Numbered from the stretch's first letter, positions 28,520 through 38,222 are shown. The stretch: 64,000 bases of DNA from an uncultured Gemmatimonadaceae bacterium (GCA_964465315.1 CAYXIK010000008.1:21735-85734); one strand, 5' to 3'. Translations and numbers: made by a program. The notes: generated by a model from the letters alone, not told the origin.

Positions 28520-29100
28520 GCGTCACGCTTCTCGGCAAACAACTCCGCGCGCGCCTCGGAAAGACGCGCCAGGCCGTCGGGCACCTGCGTCGCCCACAGG
28601 TGCAGCGCTTCGTCGGCGGCGCGGAGGTCTCCCGCCAGGAAGAGGGCCTGGGCGTTGAGCCTGAGCGCTTCGGCCCCGCCGCCGGCCGCGTAGGCGCGGG
28701 CGAATCGTGCAGCCGCGTCCGCTGGGCGCCCGCTGCGGCGATACAGGTCGCCGGCCGCGAGCGCGGCGTCGGGGCGCTCCTCGAGCGCGAGGACCTGCTC
28801 GTACGCCGCCAACGCGTCCTGCTGGCGGAACACCATCTGGCACGCCTCGCCCAACAGCATCCACGCGTCGGGATTCTCAGGAAAGCGTACCGAGGCCTCC
28901 TGGGCCGCGGCGAGCGCGCCCCAGCGGTCTTCGATCGAGCGCCGCAACCGCACGAGCGCGGAGTACGCTTCAGCGAACGTGGGCGTGAGCGTGCATCCGA
29001 GCCGCAGCCACGCGGCGGCGCGCCTGGGCGCGTCGCGCTGACATGCGGCGGCTCGCCGCACGGTGAACCGCGTGAGCGCGGAGCGCAGAGAACGCAGCAT
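28516..29100 (-). CDS. TPR-repeat protein
   Basis: PDAWMLLGEA...ALAAYEQVLALE; head-to-head with hemD. Confidence 0.7.
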   Translation of the reverse strand: MLRSLRSALTRFTVRRAAACQRDAPRRAAAWLRLGCTLTPTFAEAYSALVRLRRSIEDRWGALAAAQEASVRFPENPDAWMLLGEACQMVFRQQDALAAYEQVLALEERPDAALAAGDLYRRSGRPADAAARFARAYAAGGGAEALRLNAQALFLAGDLRAADEALHLWATQVPDGLARLSEARAELFAEKRDA

Positions 29101-29101
29101 G

Positions 29102-29120
29102 ATAGATTGCAACAATCTAT
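29102..29120. promoter_or_regulatory. AT-rich perfect palindrome ATAGATTG-caa-CAATCTAT between divergent start codons
   Basis: 8-bp arms; each arm contains a TAGATT -10-like hexamer on its own strand. Confidence 0.6.
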
Positions 29121-29931
29121 GTCACGCGCGTCGCAGCCGCCCGGATCCGGGCGTCCGCTCCTCGGCCGGCGCATCGCCGTGACTCGCGCGCGCGAGCAGG
29201 CCGCCGAACTCGTGCGACAGCTCGAGGCGCTCGGCGCCGAGGTCGTGTCCGCTCCGGCGATTCGGATCGAAGCGCTGAGCGACCTCGAGCCGTTGCGGCG
29301 CGCCCTCGCAGGTCTCGCCGAGTATCGCTGGGTCGTATTCACGAGCCAGAACGCCGTCGAGGTCGTCTTCGAGCGGCTCGAGCAGTGGGGTTTGTCGGAT
29401 CGCGAATTCGCGGGGCGGCGCGTTGCGGCCATCGGACCGGCGACGGCCGACGCCCTGGCCGCCAGGGGCGTGCGCGTGGACGTGCTGCCCGAAGGCTACG
29501 TTGCCGAGTCACTCGTCGCGGCGATGGCCGCGCAGGGCGACTTGCGCGGAGCGCGCGTCCTCGTGCCCAGGGCCGCGATCGCCCGCGATGCGTTACCCGA
29601 GGGGCTGCGGGCCCATGGGGCCGTGGTGGACGTGATTCCGGTCTATCGCACACTCCCCGCGCTCGGGGACGGTGCCGCGCTCGCAGACGAGATCTTGGCG
29701 GGCCGCGTCGACGTCGTCACGTTCACCGCGTCCTCGACCGTGCGGTACTTCGTCGAGTCCGTGGGTCGCGAGGCCGCGGCCTCCGGGCGATTCCGCGGAG
29801 CGGTGATCGGGCCGATTACCGCCGCTACCGCACGGGAGTACGGTATCCCCGTCGAGATCGAAGCCCTGGAATACACGACGAGCGGTCTCGTGGACGCGCT
29901 CGTGCGGCACTTCGGGGGCGGGGTTGCGTGA
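29119..29931 (+). CDS. hemD: Uroporphyrinogen-III synthase
   Basis: LLGRRIAVTRAREQA, VVFTSQNAV, AAIGPATA, VTFTASSTV. Confidence 0.92.
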   Translation: MSRASQPPGSGRPLLGRRIAVTRAREQAAELVRQLEALGAEVVSAPAIRIEALSDLEPLRRALAGLAEYRWVVFTSQNAVEVVFERLEQWGLSDREFAGRRVAAIGPATADALAARGVRVDVLPEGYVAESLVAAMAAQGDLRGARVLVPRAAIARDALPEGLRAHGAVVDVIPVYRTLPALGDGAALADEILAGRVDVVTFTASSTVRYFVESVGREAAASGRFRGAVIGPITAATAREYGIPVEIEALEYTTSGLVDALVRHFGGGVA

Positions 29932-30851
29932 GCCGCGGCCTCAGGTTGGGCACCCGCGGCAGCGAGCTCGCGCTGTGGCAGGCCGAGTGGGTGAAGTCCG
30001 CCCTCGCCCGCACCGGCATCGCGGCCGAATTGGAAATCATCAAGACCCAGGGCGACGCCGACGTCGACCGCCCACTGCACATGCTCGAGGGCAAGGGCTT
30101 CTTCACCAAGGAAATCGAGCAAGCCCTGATTGAGGGCCGCATCGATGTCGCGGTGCACTCTCTCAAGGACCTGCCGACCGCGCTGCCGGCCGGGCTGGCG
30201 CTCGGGGCGGTGCCCCCACGCGCGGATCCGGTGGACGTGCTGGTCACCCGAGCCCCTGCGGTCGCGTCGCTCGCGGTATTGGGGTCGGGCGTGCGGATCG
30301 GGACGTCGAGCTTGCGGCGGACGGCGCAGATCCGCTACCTGCGGGCCGACCTGGACATCGTCCCACTGCGCGGCAACGTCCCGACACGCGTGCGCAAAGT
30401 GCAGGAGGGACGGGATGGCCTCGAGGCGGCGCTCCTCGCGCATGCGGGACTCGAGCGGCTCGGACTCGCCGGCCACGGCGTCCGGCTGGATCCGCTGGAA
30501 GTGATGCCCGCCCCCGGACAGGGCGCGCTCGGGCTCGAGGTGCGCGAGGACGACCGCAGGGTCCGAACGGCCCTCGCGCCGCTCGAAGACGCGGCCAGCG
30601 CGCGAGCGGTAACGGCTGAGCGTAGCCTGCTGGCGGCGCTCGAGGGAGGCTGTCAGGCGCCGGTGGCCGCGTACTGCGGGACCGTGGAGCCGGGAGCCGT
30701 GAACAGGTTGTATGGGCGGGTGACCGCGCAGGACGGGTCCGTGCAGATCACCGCGTCGGCTGAGATCGACGAGCGTGAGCCTGGCGCCGCTGGGGTGCGC
30801 GTAGCGGACTTGCTCCGCGCCCACGGCGCGTCGAGATTGCTCGGCCGATGA
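29928..30851 (+). CDS. hemC: Porphobilinogen deaminase
   Basis: GTRGSELALWQA, GFFTKEIE, VHSLKDLP, LRGNVPTR, LEGGCQAP (cofactor Cys). Confidence 0.95.
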   Translation: MSRGLRLGTRGSELALWQAEWVKSALARTGIAAELEIIKTQGDADVDRPLHMLEGKGFFTKEIEQALIEGRIDVAVHSLKDLPTALPAGLALGAVPPRADPVDVLVTRAPAVASLAVLGSGVRIGTSSLRRTAQIRYLRADLDIVPLRGNVPTRVRKVQEGRDGLEAALLAHAGLERLGLAGHGVRLDPLEVMPAPGQGALGLEVREDDRRVRTALAPLEDAASARAVTAERSLLAALEGGCQAPVAAYCGTVEPGAVNRLYGRVTAQDGSVQITASAEIDEREPGAAGVRVADLLRAHGASRLLGR

Positions 30852-31819
30852 GCCAATACCCCACTCGCCGGATGCGCCGGCTGCGTCGCACGTCGGCCCT
30901 GCGCCGGTTGGTGCAGGAGACGCATCTCGTGCCCTCGCAGCTCGTGTGGCCCCTCTTCGCGTGCCACGGGGATGGCGTGCGGAGCGAGGTGGCGACCTTG
31001 CCCGGGGTGTACCAAACGTCGGTCGATGAGCTGGTCAAAGACGCCGAGCGGGCACAGCGCCTCGGGCTCGGGGGAATCATCCTGTTCGGCCTTCCAGCGG
31101 CCAAGGACAGCACGGGCTCGGAGGCGTACGACGAGCAGGGCATCGTGCAGGAGGCCACCCGGGCGGTGAAGCAGGCGGTGCCGGAGCTACTCGTGATCGG
31201 CGACGCGTGCCTGTGCGAGTACACCGATCATGGCCACTGTGGCGTCGTGCACGACGGCGAGGTGGACAACGACGCGTCGGTGTATTTGCTGGGCAAGGTG
31301 GCCGTGACGCAGGCGCGCGCCGGGATCGACATGGTGGCGCCGAGCGACATGATGGACGGTCGGGTGGCGGGCATTCGCAAGGCGCTCGACGCCGCGGGGT
31401 TCTCCCACGTCCCGATCATGTCGTACGCGGCGAAGATGGCGTCGGCGTTTTACGGACCGTTCCGCGAGGCGGCGGGCTCGACGCCGCAGTTCGGTGATCG
31501 CCAATCTTACCAGATGCAGGGGACCAATGGCGACGAGGCGATGAAGGAGATCCAGCTCGATGTCGCCGAAGGCGCGGACATCGTCCTGGTGAAGCCGGCA
31601 CTGCCGTGCCTCGATCTCATCCGTCGCGCCAAGCGGCAATTCGGCTCACCGCTGGCCGCATATCAGGTGAGCGGCGAGTATGTGATGATCAAGGCGGCCG
31701 CGGCCCGCGGCATGCTCGACGAGGAGCGCGCCATGTGGGAAACGTTGTACGCCGTCCGCCGGGCCGGGGCGGACATCATCCTCACGTATTTCGCGCCTAC
31801 TGTCGCCGAGCTGCTCTAG
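30848..31819 (+). CDS. hemB: Porphobilinogen synthase (Zn-type)
   Basis: CLCEYTDHGHCG, APSDMMDGRV, YAAKMASAFYGPFR, VKPA. Confidence 0.96.
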   Translation: MSQYPTRRMRRLRRTSALRRLVQETHLVPSQLVWPLFACHGDGVRSEVATLPGVYQTSVDELVKDAERAQRLGLGGIILFGLPAAKDSTGSEAYDEQGIVQEATRAVKQAVPELLVIGDACLCEYTDHGHCGVVHDGEVDNDASVYLLGKVAVTQARAGIDMVAPSDMMDGRVAGIRKALDAAGFSHVPIMSYAAKMASAFYGPFREAAGSTPQFGDRQSYQMQGTNGDEAMKEIQLDVAEGADIVLVKPALPCLDLIRRAKRQFGSPLAAYQVSGEYVMIKAAAARGMLDEERAMWETLYAVRRAGADIILTYFAPTVAELL

Positions 31820-32499
31820 CGACGGGGCAGCAGCACCGCCTTCCACAGCGCACCAGCGACACTGGCTCCGATCAGCGGGCCGATCCAATACACCGCGTGC
31901 GCGTCCCACTGCCCGGCGATCACCGCAGGCCCGAGGGCCCGGGCCGGGTTCATGACGGCCCCGGTCAGGCTCCCACCTACTAAGACGTCGACGAAGATCG
32001 CGAGGCCGATGCCGAACCCCGCGATCTTCGGCGCCTCGGACGACACCGCCGTCCCGAAGACGGCGCTTACCAGGAAGAACGTGAGCAGCGCTTCGATCCA
32101 GACGCCCTGCATGAATGTCATTTCGCTCGCGAGCCGCGGCGTGCCCACGAGCGCGGTGGCGACGGCGACGTGCGGGAACAGCGCCTTCACGAGAGCGGCG
32201 CCGGCGATGGCGCCGAGCAGCTGGGCCACGATGTACGGCCCGACCAGTCGGCCGTCGAACCTGTTCGCGATCCACAGGCCCACACTGACGGCGGGGTTCA
32301 TGTGACCGCCGGAGATGCTCATCGTCATCGACACGATGATTGCCATGCCGACGCCATGAGCCAGGGCCACGCCCAGGGGACCAATGCCGCCCGTCGTTGG
32401 TCCGTTGGCGATGAACGCCACCACGCTGCCGGCGCCAAGGAACACGAACAGCAGGGTGCCGACGAACTCGGCCGTGAGCGGCCGGAGCTGCTGAGGCAT
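31816..32499 (-). CDS. MIP/aquaporin family channel
   Basis: AEFVGT, GGHMNPAVS, MNPARALGP. Confidence 0.93.
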   Translation of the reverse strand: MPQQLRPLTAEFVGTLLFVFLGAGSVVAFIANGPTTGGIGPLGVALAHGVGMAIIVSMTMSISGGHMNPAVSVGLWIANRFDGRLVGPYIVAQLLGAIAGAALVKALFPHVAVATALVGTPRLASEMTFMQGVWIEALLTFFLVSAVFGTAVSSEAPKIAGFGIGLAIFVDVLVGGSLTGAVMNPARALGPAVIAGQWDAHAVYWIGPLIGASVAGALWKAVLLPRR

Positions 32500-32543
32500 C
32501 ACGAGGTCCTCGAGGTTGTGGGCCGCGGGCAATCTAGCCCGCG

Positions 32544-33788
32544 CTACGGTCGCCGCAACACGACCGCCGCGTTGATGCCACCGAAGCCGAACGAGTTGGT
32601 GAGGACGACGTCGGGCGACGCATCGCGCCCTTCACCGCGCAGGCAGTCGAGATCGCAGGCGGGGTCGGGCCGCTCCAGGTTGATCGTGGGGGGGAGCCAG
32701 CGCCGCTCCATGGCGAGCGCGCAGATCGCCGCCTCGATCGCTCCGCTCGCGCCGAGCGCGTGGCCATAGTAACCCTTGGTGCCGCTGACGCTGAGCCGGT
32801 ACGCGTGGTCTCCGAACACCTGCTTGATGGCGGCGGTTTCGGTCGAATCGTTGAGCGGCGTGGACGAGCCGTGCGCGTTGATGTACCCCACTTCGGGGGG
32901 CGCCACGTGTGCGTCCGCCAGGGCCAGCTGCATGGCGCGGGCGGCCTGGCGGCCGTCGGGGCGGGGGGCGGTCATGTGGTACGCGTCGTTCGTGAACCCG
33001 TAGCCCACCAGCTCGGCGTAGATCTTCGCCCCACGCGCGACCGCCCGACTTCGCTCCTCGAGCACCAGGACCGCGGCGCCCTCGCCCATCACGAAGCCAT
33101 CCCGATCCTCATCGAACGGTCGCGACGCATGGGCCGGGTCGTCGTTCCGCGTACTCATAGCGCGGATCACGCTGAACGCGGCATACGTCATCGGGGCTAA
33201 CGGCGCCTCGGCGCCTCCGGCCAGCATCACGTCGGCGCGGCCCGCGCGGATCGTGTGGAACGCTTCTCCCACGGCGATCGTGCCCGACGCGCAGCTCATG
33301 GCGTTGGTGGAATTCGGTCCGGTGAATCCGAACTCGATGGCGATGTTGCAGCTCGCGGCCCCGGGGAACACGGCCAGAGCGAGCGCGGGATCGAGCCCGC
33401 GCGGTCCTTCCGCGCGGAACCTCGCCACCTGCGACTCGGCGAAGGCCACGCCCCCGAGCGCGGAGCCCATCATCGCGCCCACCTGATCCCGGTCTTCGCG
33501 CGCCGGGTCGAGCGCCGCGTCGGCGAGTGCAAACCGCGCGCTCGTCACCGCGAGCTGGGAAAACCGGTCGAGCCGCTTCGCCCGCTTCGCGTCGAGATGA
33601 TCCTGCGGGCGAAAGTCGGGGATCTCGGCGGCGATGCGACTGCGGAACGGGGTCGGGTCGAAGCGGGTGATCTCGCGCACGGCCGAGGCGCGGGCCGCGA
33701 GCCCCGCCCACAGACCCTCCGCGGCCGTGCCGATCGGCGTCACCGCCCCGACGCCCGTGATCACCACTCGCCGTAATCCGTTTTTCAT
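32544..33788 (-). CDS. Beta-ketoacyl-ACP synthase (FabF/KS-alpha-like), catalytically intact
   Basis: RRVVITG, SCASG (Cys), NAHGSSTPLND, KGYYGHALGA, NSFGFGG. Confidence 0.92.
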   Translation of the reverse strand: MKNGLRRVVITGVGAVTPIGTAAEGLWAGLAARASAVREITRFDPTPFRSRIAAEIPDFRPQDHLDAKRAKRLDRFSQLAVTSARFALADAALDPAREDRDQVGAMMGSALGGVAFAESQVARFRAEGPRGLDPALALAVFPGAASCNIAIEFGFTGPNSTNAMSCASGTIAVGEAFHTIRAGRADVMLAGGAEAPLAPMTYAAFSVIRAMSTRNDDPAHASRPFDEDRDGFVMGEGAAVLVLEERSRAVARGAKIYAELVGYGFTNDAYHMTAPRPDGRQAARAMQLALADAHVAPPEVGYINAHGSSTPLNDSTETAAIKQVFGDHAYRLSVSGTKGYYGHALGASGAIEAAICALAMERRWLPPTINLERPDPACDLDCLRGEGRDASPDVVLTNSFGFGGINAAVVLRRP

Positions 33789-34261
33789 CCTCGCGCTCTC
33801 CCCTCCTGCTCGATGACCCGCTTTATCCCCGACAGCGTTCGCTTCGCGATCCCGCGGATGAACACCGGTCCGATCACGAGACGTGCCGCGAGCGAGCCGA
33901 TGATCGGCCACGCGGGGCCGGTCCACTCATGCTCGATCGTCACATCGACACCGTGCGGTTGCGCCACGAGCCGCCAGCGGACGTCCATACCGCGCGTGAT
34001 ACCCCAGACATGGCGGTAGCGGATCTCGTGCGCGCCGGGATCCACAATCATGTTCGACACCCACCGTGCCGGATAGCGGATCACGCCGAACGGGCGCCAG
34101 GCCGCCATCTCCACGCTTCCCCCTCCCGTGCCGTCGGTCCCGTGAAGGAACCGAACCCAACGATAGTGCGGCAAAATCCGCGGCCACCGTTCGACGTTCG
34201 CTGCGACCTCGAAGACGCGCCCGATTGGCGCGCGGATGGTGATCCGGTCGACGGTCCGCAT
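33785..34261 (-). CDS. SRPBCC/START-family polyketide cyclase-like protein
   Basis: ITIRAPIGRVFEVAANVERWPRILPHY, IRYRHV, GMDVRWRL. Confidence 0.8.
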   Translation of the reverse strand: MRTVDRITIRAPIGRVFEVAANVERWPRILPHYRWVRFLHGTDGTGGGSVEMAAWRPFGVIRYPARWVSNMIVDPGAHEIRYRHVWGITRGMDVRWRLVAQPHGVDVTIEHEWTGPAWPIIGSLAARLVIGPVFIRGIAKRTLSGIKRVIEQEGRARG

Positions 34262-34263
34262 GG

Positions 34264-34956
34264 TCAGGCTGCCGGCTCCCACGCCGCCACGATACGGAAG
34301 CCTGCCCGATGGCGCGCCCGCGCGGGCACGCCCGCCTGGGAGAGCAGGGCGTCGAACTCGGCCCGCGTGTAGCCCCGCCGGAGCGATACAACGGCATCGT
34401 GCCGCGTCAGACCGCCCATCGCGAGCCCGAAACACGCGGCCCACACGCCGGCCATGGCGACGCGCGAGCGGCGGAGATCGGCGAGCACCACCACCCGACG
34501 GGCGACGCGATCGAACTCGCTCACCCAGCGTGCGGCCGTCGCACAGGGCACGTGGTGCAGCACCTGGCTCGCCACGATCACGTCCACCGAGCGGGACGCG
34601 AGCGGCAGCGCGCCGCCATCCGCCAGGATCGACGCGAGCGGCACGTCGCGCTCGGCAACGCGGGCGAGCCGCGCCGCGGTCCTGTTGCGCTCGACCCCCA
34701 CGAGACGAAGTGTGATCCCATGCCTCCGGGCCGCGCGGGCGGCGGCGCGGGGGATGTCGCCGAATCCCGTGCCGACGTCGAGCAGCGTCCAGTGCTTGGC
34801 TCCCCCGGCTGTGCCCCGCGCAAAGAACGGCGTGAGCTCCCGCACCACCGCCCGCGTCCCACCGAAGAGCGTGTTCAGTCGTGCGATGTCGCGCAGCTCG
34901 CGGTCCACGGCCCGTGGGTCGGCCCGCGGATCGTCCAGCAGCTCCGTGCCGATCAT
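34264..34956 (-). CDS. Class I SAM-dependent methyltransferase
   Basis: ELLDDP...LRDIARLNTLFGG, LLDVGTGFGD, SQVLHH, DLRRS. Confidence 0.85.
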   Translation of the reverse strand: MIGTELLDDPRADPRAVDRELRDIARLNTLFGGTRAVVRELTPFFARGTAGGAKHWTLLDVGTGFGDIPRAAARAARRHGITLRLVGVERNRTAARLARVAERDVPLASILADGGALPLASRSVDVIVASQVLHHVPCATAARWVSEFDRVARRVVVLADLRRSRVAMAGVWAACFGLAMGGLTRHDAVVSLRRGYTRAEFDALLSQAGVPARARHRAGFRIVAAWEPAA

Positions 34957-35435
34957 GTGTCCGCGAGACCCGTGTAGCTGCTCCGGTAATACAGCAGCGG
35001 CCGGCGGTCGGACACGCTGCCGCCCGTGACCAGGCCGAAGAACACCGTGTGGTCTCCGCCCGGCGCCTCGGCCTGCTTTTCACATTCGATGCTCGCCACT
35101 GTGCCCTCGATGATGGGAAGGGCATGCCCCGAGTCCCGATAGGGGACTCCGTCGAAACGGTCGGAATGCTCCGCCGCGAAACGTCGCGACAGCGCTTCCT
35201 GATCGTCGGCCAGCACGTTCAACACGAACCGCGAGGCCGCCCGTAACGCCGGGTGCATGTCGTTCGCCTGGTCGATCGACACGAGCACGAGGGGCGGGTG
35301 GAGCGAGACCGAGGCCACGGAGCTCGCGGTCATGCCGATGGGACGGCCCGCGGGGTCGCGCGTGGTCACGACGGTGACGCCGGTGGCAAAACGGCCGAGC
35401 AGCTGACGAAACAGAGCGGGATTGACGCCGGGCAT
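34953..35435 (-). CDS. Flavin reductase family protein
   Basis: FRQLLGRFATGVTVVT, GMTASSVASVSLHPPLV, GGDHTVF, PLLYY. Confidence 0.92.
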   Translation of the reverse strand: MPGVNPALFRQLLGRFATGVTVVTTRDPAGRPIGMTASSVASVSLHPPLVLVSIDQANDMHPALRAASRFVLNVLADDQEALSRRFAAEHSDRFDGVPYRDSGHALPIIEGTVASIECEKQAEAPGGDHTVFFGLVTGGSVSDRRPLLYYRSSYTGLADT

Positions 35436-35439
35436 CCCG

Positions 35440-36651
35440 TCACCAGAGGAGTTGGGCGAGGACGCGCGGAGCGAGCACACGACCCGCGGGCACCGTATTC
35501 CCGGCCGCGCTGACCAGAAGATCCGCGAGGTCGGAACGCCGCGCCAGGCGACGGACGACGCGGTTGGTGAGCGCGGGCCAGCCGACGCCCACGCCGATCA
35601 GGCGCTCGAGCATCCACTTCCCGAGGAATGCGCGCCTTCGCGCCCGTGCGTAGGGCCGGAGCATCCCGGCCGTGACTGGTGCACGGGCCCCGCGCGCGAG
35701 CACTGGAACCAGGCAGTCCGCCGCGAGCTCGGCGCCGCGTAGTGCGGTATGAATGCCCTGTCCGGTGAACGGGTCGAAGAAGTCCGCGGCATCGCCCACG
35801 AGCAGCGCTCCACCTCCTGGCGCGACGGCCGTACGCGACCACTGTCCGAACGGGCCGGTCGCGAGAACGCCCCGCACCAGGCGATGGGGGTCAAACCTGC
35901 CGGCGAGTCCCGGAAACCGGTCGAGTTCGGCGAAGAAGTCGTGGCGGTGGTCCCGTCGCAACTGGCGCACCGGCACCACCAATGCAACAGTCGTGATCCC
36001 GTCGCCCACCGGGCCAAGCCCCACGTACCCCCGATTGCTCACGTGCAGCTCTCCCATGCCGTCGACGCCGGCCACGTCCGCCACGTGCGCCGTGAAGGCC
36101 ACGCGCCGCGGTGGCGCGGTGCGCACCAGGCCGAGTCGCCGCGCGACGAAAGAGTGAAGCCCGTCGGCTCCAATGGTGACCCGAGCCCGACATACAGCAC
36201 GCGCGCCGGTTGCGGACCGCGCGACGACTCCGGCGACGGCGCCGCCCTCCGACACCAGCTCATCGACCATGACCCGCTCGTGCACCACGGCTCCGGCGCG
36301 GGCCGCGGCCGCGACGAGGATCGAGTCGAACGTCGTGCGGGGCAGAGCGAAGCTGTACGGTCGCGGGGCATCGAGGAACCGGCCGCACATGGCTGCCCCG
36401 TCGGGCGCGACCACCTTCATTCCGTAGAGCTTTGCGTGTGGCGCGCCTTCGACGGCGCCGAGGATGTCCTCTCCCAAGCGCTCGAGGATCGCCGTCGTGG
36501 CTGGGCTCAGGTATTCGGAGCAGGGCTTGTCGCGAGGGAATCGGGCGCGGTCGAGGACTAGTACTCGTCCACCGGCCCGAGCGAGAAGCAGCGCGCTGGT
36601 CGCGCCGGCGGGGCCCGCTCCGACCACCACCGCATCCCAACCGTCCGTCAT
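35440..36651 (-). CDS. FAD-dependent oxidoreductase (geranylgeranyl-reductase/halogenase-like superfamily)
   Basis: VVGAGPAG, FPRDKPCSEY, IGADG, LVGDAADFFDPFTGQGI. Confidence 0.88.
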   Translation of the reverse strand: MTDGWDAVVVGAGPAGATSALLLARAGGRVLVLDRARFPRDKPCSEYLSPATTAILERLGEDILGAVEGAPHAKLYGMKVVAPDGAAMCGRFLDAPRPYSFALPRTTFDSILVAAAARAGAVVHERVMVDELVSEGGAVAGVVARSATGARAVCRARVTIGADGLHSFVARRLGLVRTAPPRRVAFTAHVADVAGVDGMGELHVSNRGYVGLGPVGDGITTVALVVPVRQLRRDHRHDFFAELDRFPGLAGRFDPHRLVRGVLATGPFGQWSRTAVAPGGGALLVGDAADFFDPFTGQGIHTALRGAELAADCLVPVLARGARAPVTAGMLRPYARARRRAFLGKWMLERLIGVGVGWPALTNRVVRRLARRSDLADLLVSAAGNTVPAGRVLAPRVLAQLLW

Positions 36652-36688
36652 ACGATCCGCCGAAGCGGGCAGCCCCGCACTACGATCA

Positions 36689-37372
36689 TCACCGTGGCGC
36701 GTGCGCTCCGATTGCCGCCACGGCGGCACCCACGAGGGTGGCTGCGAAGTTCACGCCGTCGTTGTCGAGCCATCGCACTCCCATCATGAGCCGTACCGGC
36801 TCATGACACACCGTATTCCCGCGCTCGAATCGCGCGTCACACGCGGGGCACGCGTACTTGCCCTGGAGCGTCGCGCCCAGGACCGAGTCCGCAAGCATGC
36901 CCGCGGCGCCAGCAACCACCAGGAGTGAAAACCCCGGGGCCACGCCCCGGGGTGAAAGCGAGACTGCGAGCCCGGCAATCAGCGCAGCCCCCGCCACGCC
37001 GCCAAGCGTCCCGAGCAGCGTGATACCCCCTGAGGTGCCGCGGGTCACGCGCCGCCAGGTCGTCGCGAGGCGAGGTGGGATGGGGGAAAACGCTCCGATC
37101 TCCGTGGACCACGTGTCGGCCGCCGCGGCGGCGATGGCTCCCGCTGCCGCGGCCCAGGATCCGAGCAATGCGGCGACTGCGGCGACGCCGCCGTTCGCGA
37201 GCACCTGCCTCGCGGTGCGGTGCGGGGAGCGACGCTCGGCCAGCTGCGTGAGGATGCTACCGGAAAGAAAAAAGGCCGCGAGCACCGCCAGCCCCGGCCA
37301 ACCCCACCCCCACGTGACTCCGATCCCCACGGCGCAGGCCGCCACCAGCCCGCCCGGGGTGAGCCATCTCAC
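36689..37372 (-). CDS. DUF92-family membrane protein
   Basis: RTARQVLANG, AADTWSTEIG, GTSGGITLLGT, DSVLGATLQ, NDGVNF. Confidence 0.85.
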   Translation of the reverse strand: MRWLTPGGLVAACAVGIGVTWGWGWPGLAVLAAFFLSGSILTQLAERRSPHRTARQVLANGGVAAVAALLGSWAAAAGAIAAAAADTWSTEIGAFSPIPPRLATTWRRVTRGTSGGITLLGTLGGVAGAALIAGLAVSLSPRGVAPGFSLLVVAGAAGMLADSVLGATLQGKYACPACDARFERGNTVCHEPVRLMMGVRWLDNDGVNFAATLVGAAVAAIGAHAPR

Positions 37373-37593
37373 TCGTCGAACAGCTCGTTCAAGATGCGGC
37401 GTTTCAGCTCGGGAGGCGCGCCCTGTGCCCGGCACCGGGCCTGGAGGAATTGCAAGAACAGCTTTTCGAAATCGAAGTGCTCGCCGCAGGGAGGACACTC
37501 GACCAGATGCTCGCGGATGTCCCGCTCCACCTCGGGCGTGAGCTCGCGATCGAGGTACTCGTAGAGGTGCTCTTTGCACTCCCGACAATTCAT
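37369..37593 (-). CDS. Zinc-binding (ZAS) cytoplasmic anti-sigma factor, RsrA/RshA-like
   Basis: C...[10 protein letters not shown]...HLVECPPC (HxxxCxxC); no TM. Confidence 0.88.
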   Translation of the reverse strand: MNCRECKEHLYEYLDRELTPEVERDIREHLVECPPCGEHFDFEKLFLQFLQARCRAQGAPPELKRRILNELFDE

Positions 37594-38213
37594 TTCGAGC
37601 TCCCCTTGATGTACCCCATGCCGACCGCGTAATCGTACAGCTTCTGCTGGAGCAGCCGGCGGGCCCGAAATAGCCGGGATTTCACCGTCCCCACCGGCAC
37701 CTCCAAGACTCGCGCGATCTCCTCGTACGACAATCCCTCCACGTCGCTCAACACCACGGTCTCCCGGAATTGTTCCGGGAGAGTGTCTATGGCGCGTAGG
37801 ACCTCGTCGTCCACGATGCGATCGAAGAACGTCCCCTGGGGGTCGTCGTCCTGGACCTCCTGAAAGACGGAGAACGGCTCGATAGCGTCGATATCGACGG
37901 TCTCGGGGTGCCGCGTGCGCCGGCGGTATTCATTAATGAAGGCGTGACGCAGAATCGTGAGAAGCCACCCCTTGGCATTGGTCCCTCGCTCGAACTGATG
38001 CCAGGCCCGATACGCCTTGAGCATCGTTTCCTGCACCAGGTCGTCGGCCTCGGCAGGGTTCCCGGTGAGGCGGAGCGCGACCCGGTACAGACTGTCGAGG
38101 TGGACCAGCGCCTCGCGCTCGAAGCTCGCGCGCTTCTCGGCTTCGGCTGCGGAGCCCCCCGGCGCAGGGGGGGCGGGCGGGGCAGGAGGGACCGGCGGGT
38201 TGGGGGGCGTCAT
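37590..38213 (-). CDS. ECF sigma factor, SigR/SigH-like
   Basis: [47 protein letters not shown]. Confidence 0.92.
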   Translation of the reverse strand: MTPPNPPVPPAPPAPPAPGGSAAEAEKRASFEREALVHLDSLYRVALRLTGNPAEADDLVQETMLKAYRAWHQFERGTNAKGWLLTILRHAFINEYRRRTRHPETVDIDAIEPFSVFQEVQDDDPQGTFFDRIVDDEVLRAIDTLPEQFRETVVLSDVEGLSYEEIARVLEVPVGTVKSRLFRARRLLQQKLYDYAVGMGYIKGSSK

Positions 38214-38222
38214 GGCGTGCCG

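Noticed and set aside
32544-34261. Complete type II aromatic PKS
   Set aside because: No chain-length factor or ACP gene in the window, so the minimal PKS is incomplete and a canonical call is not supported
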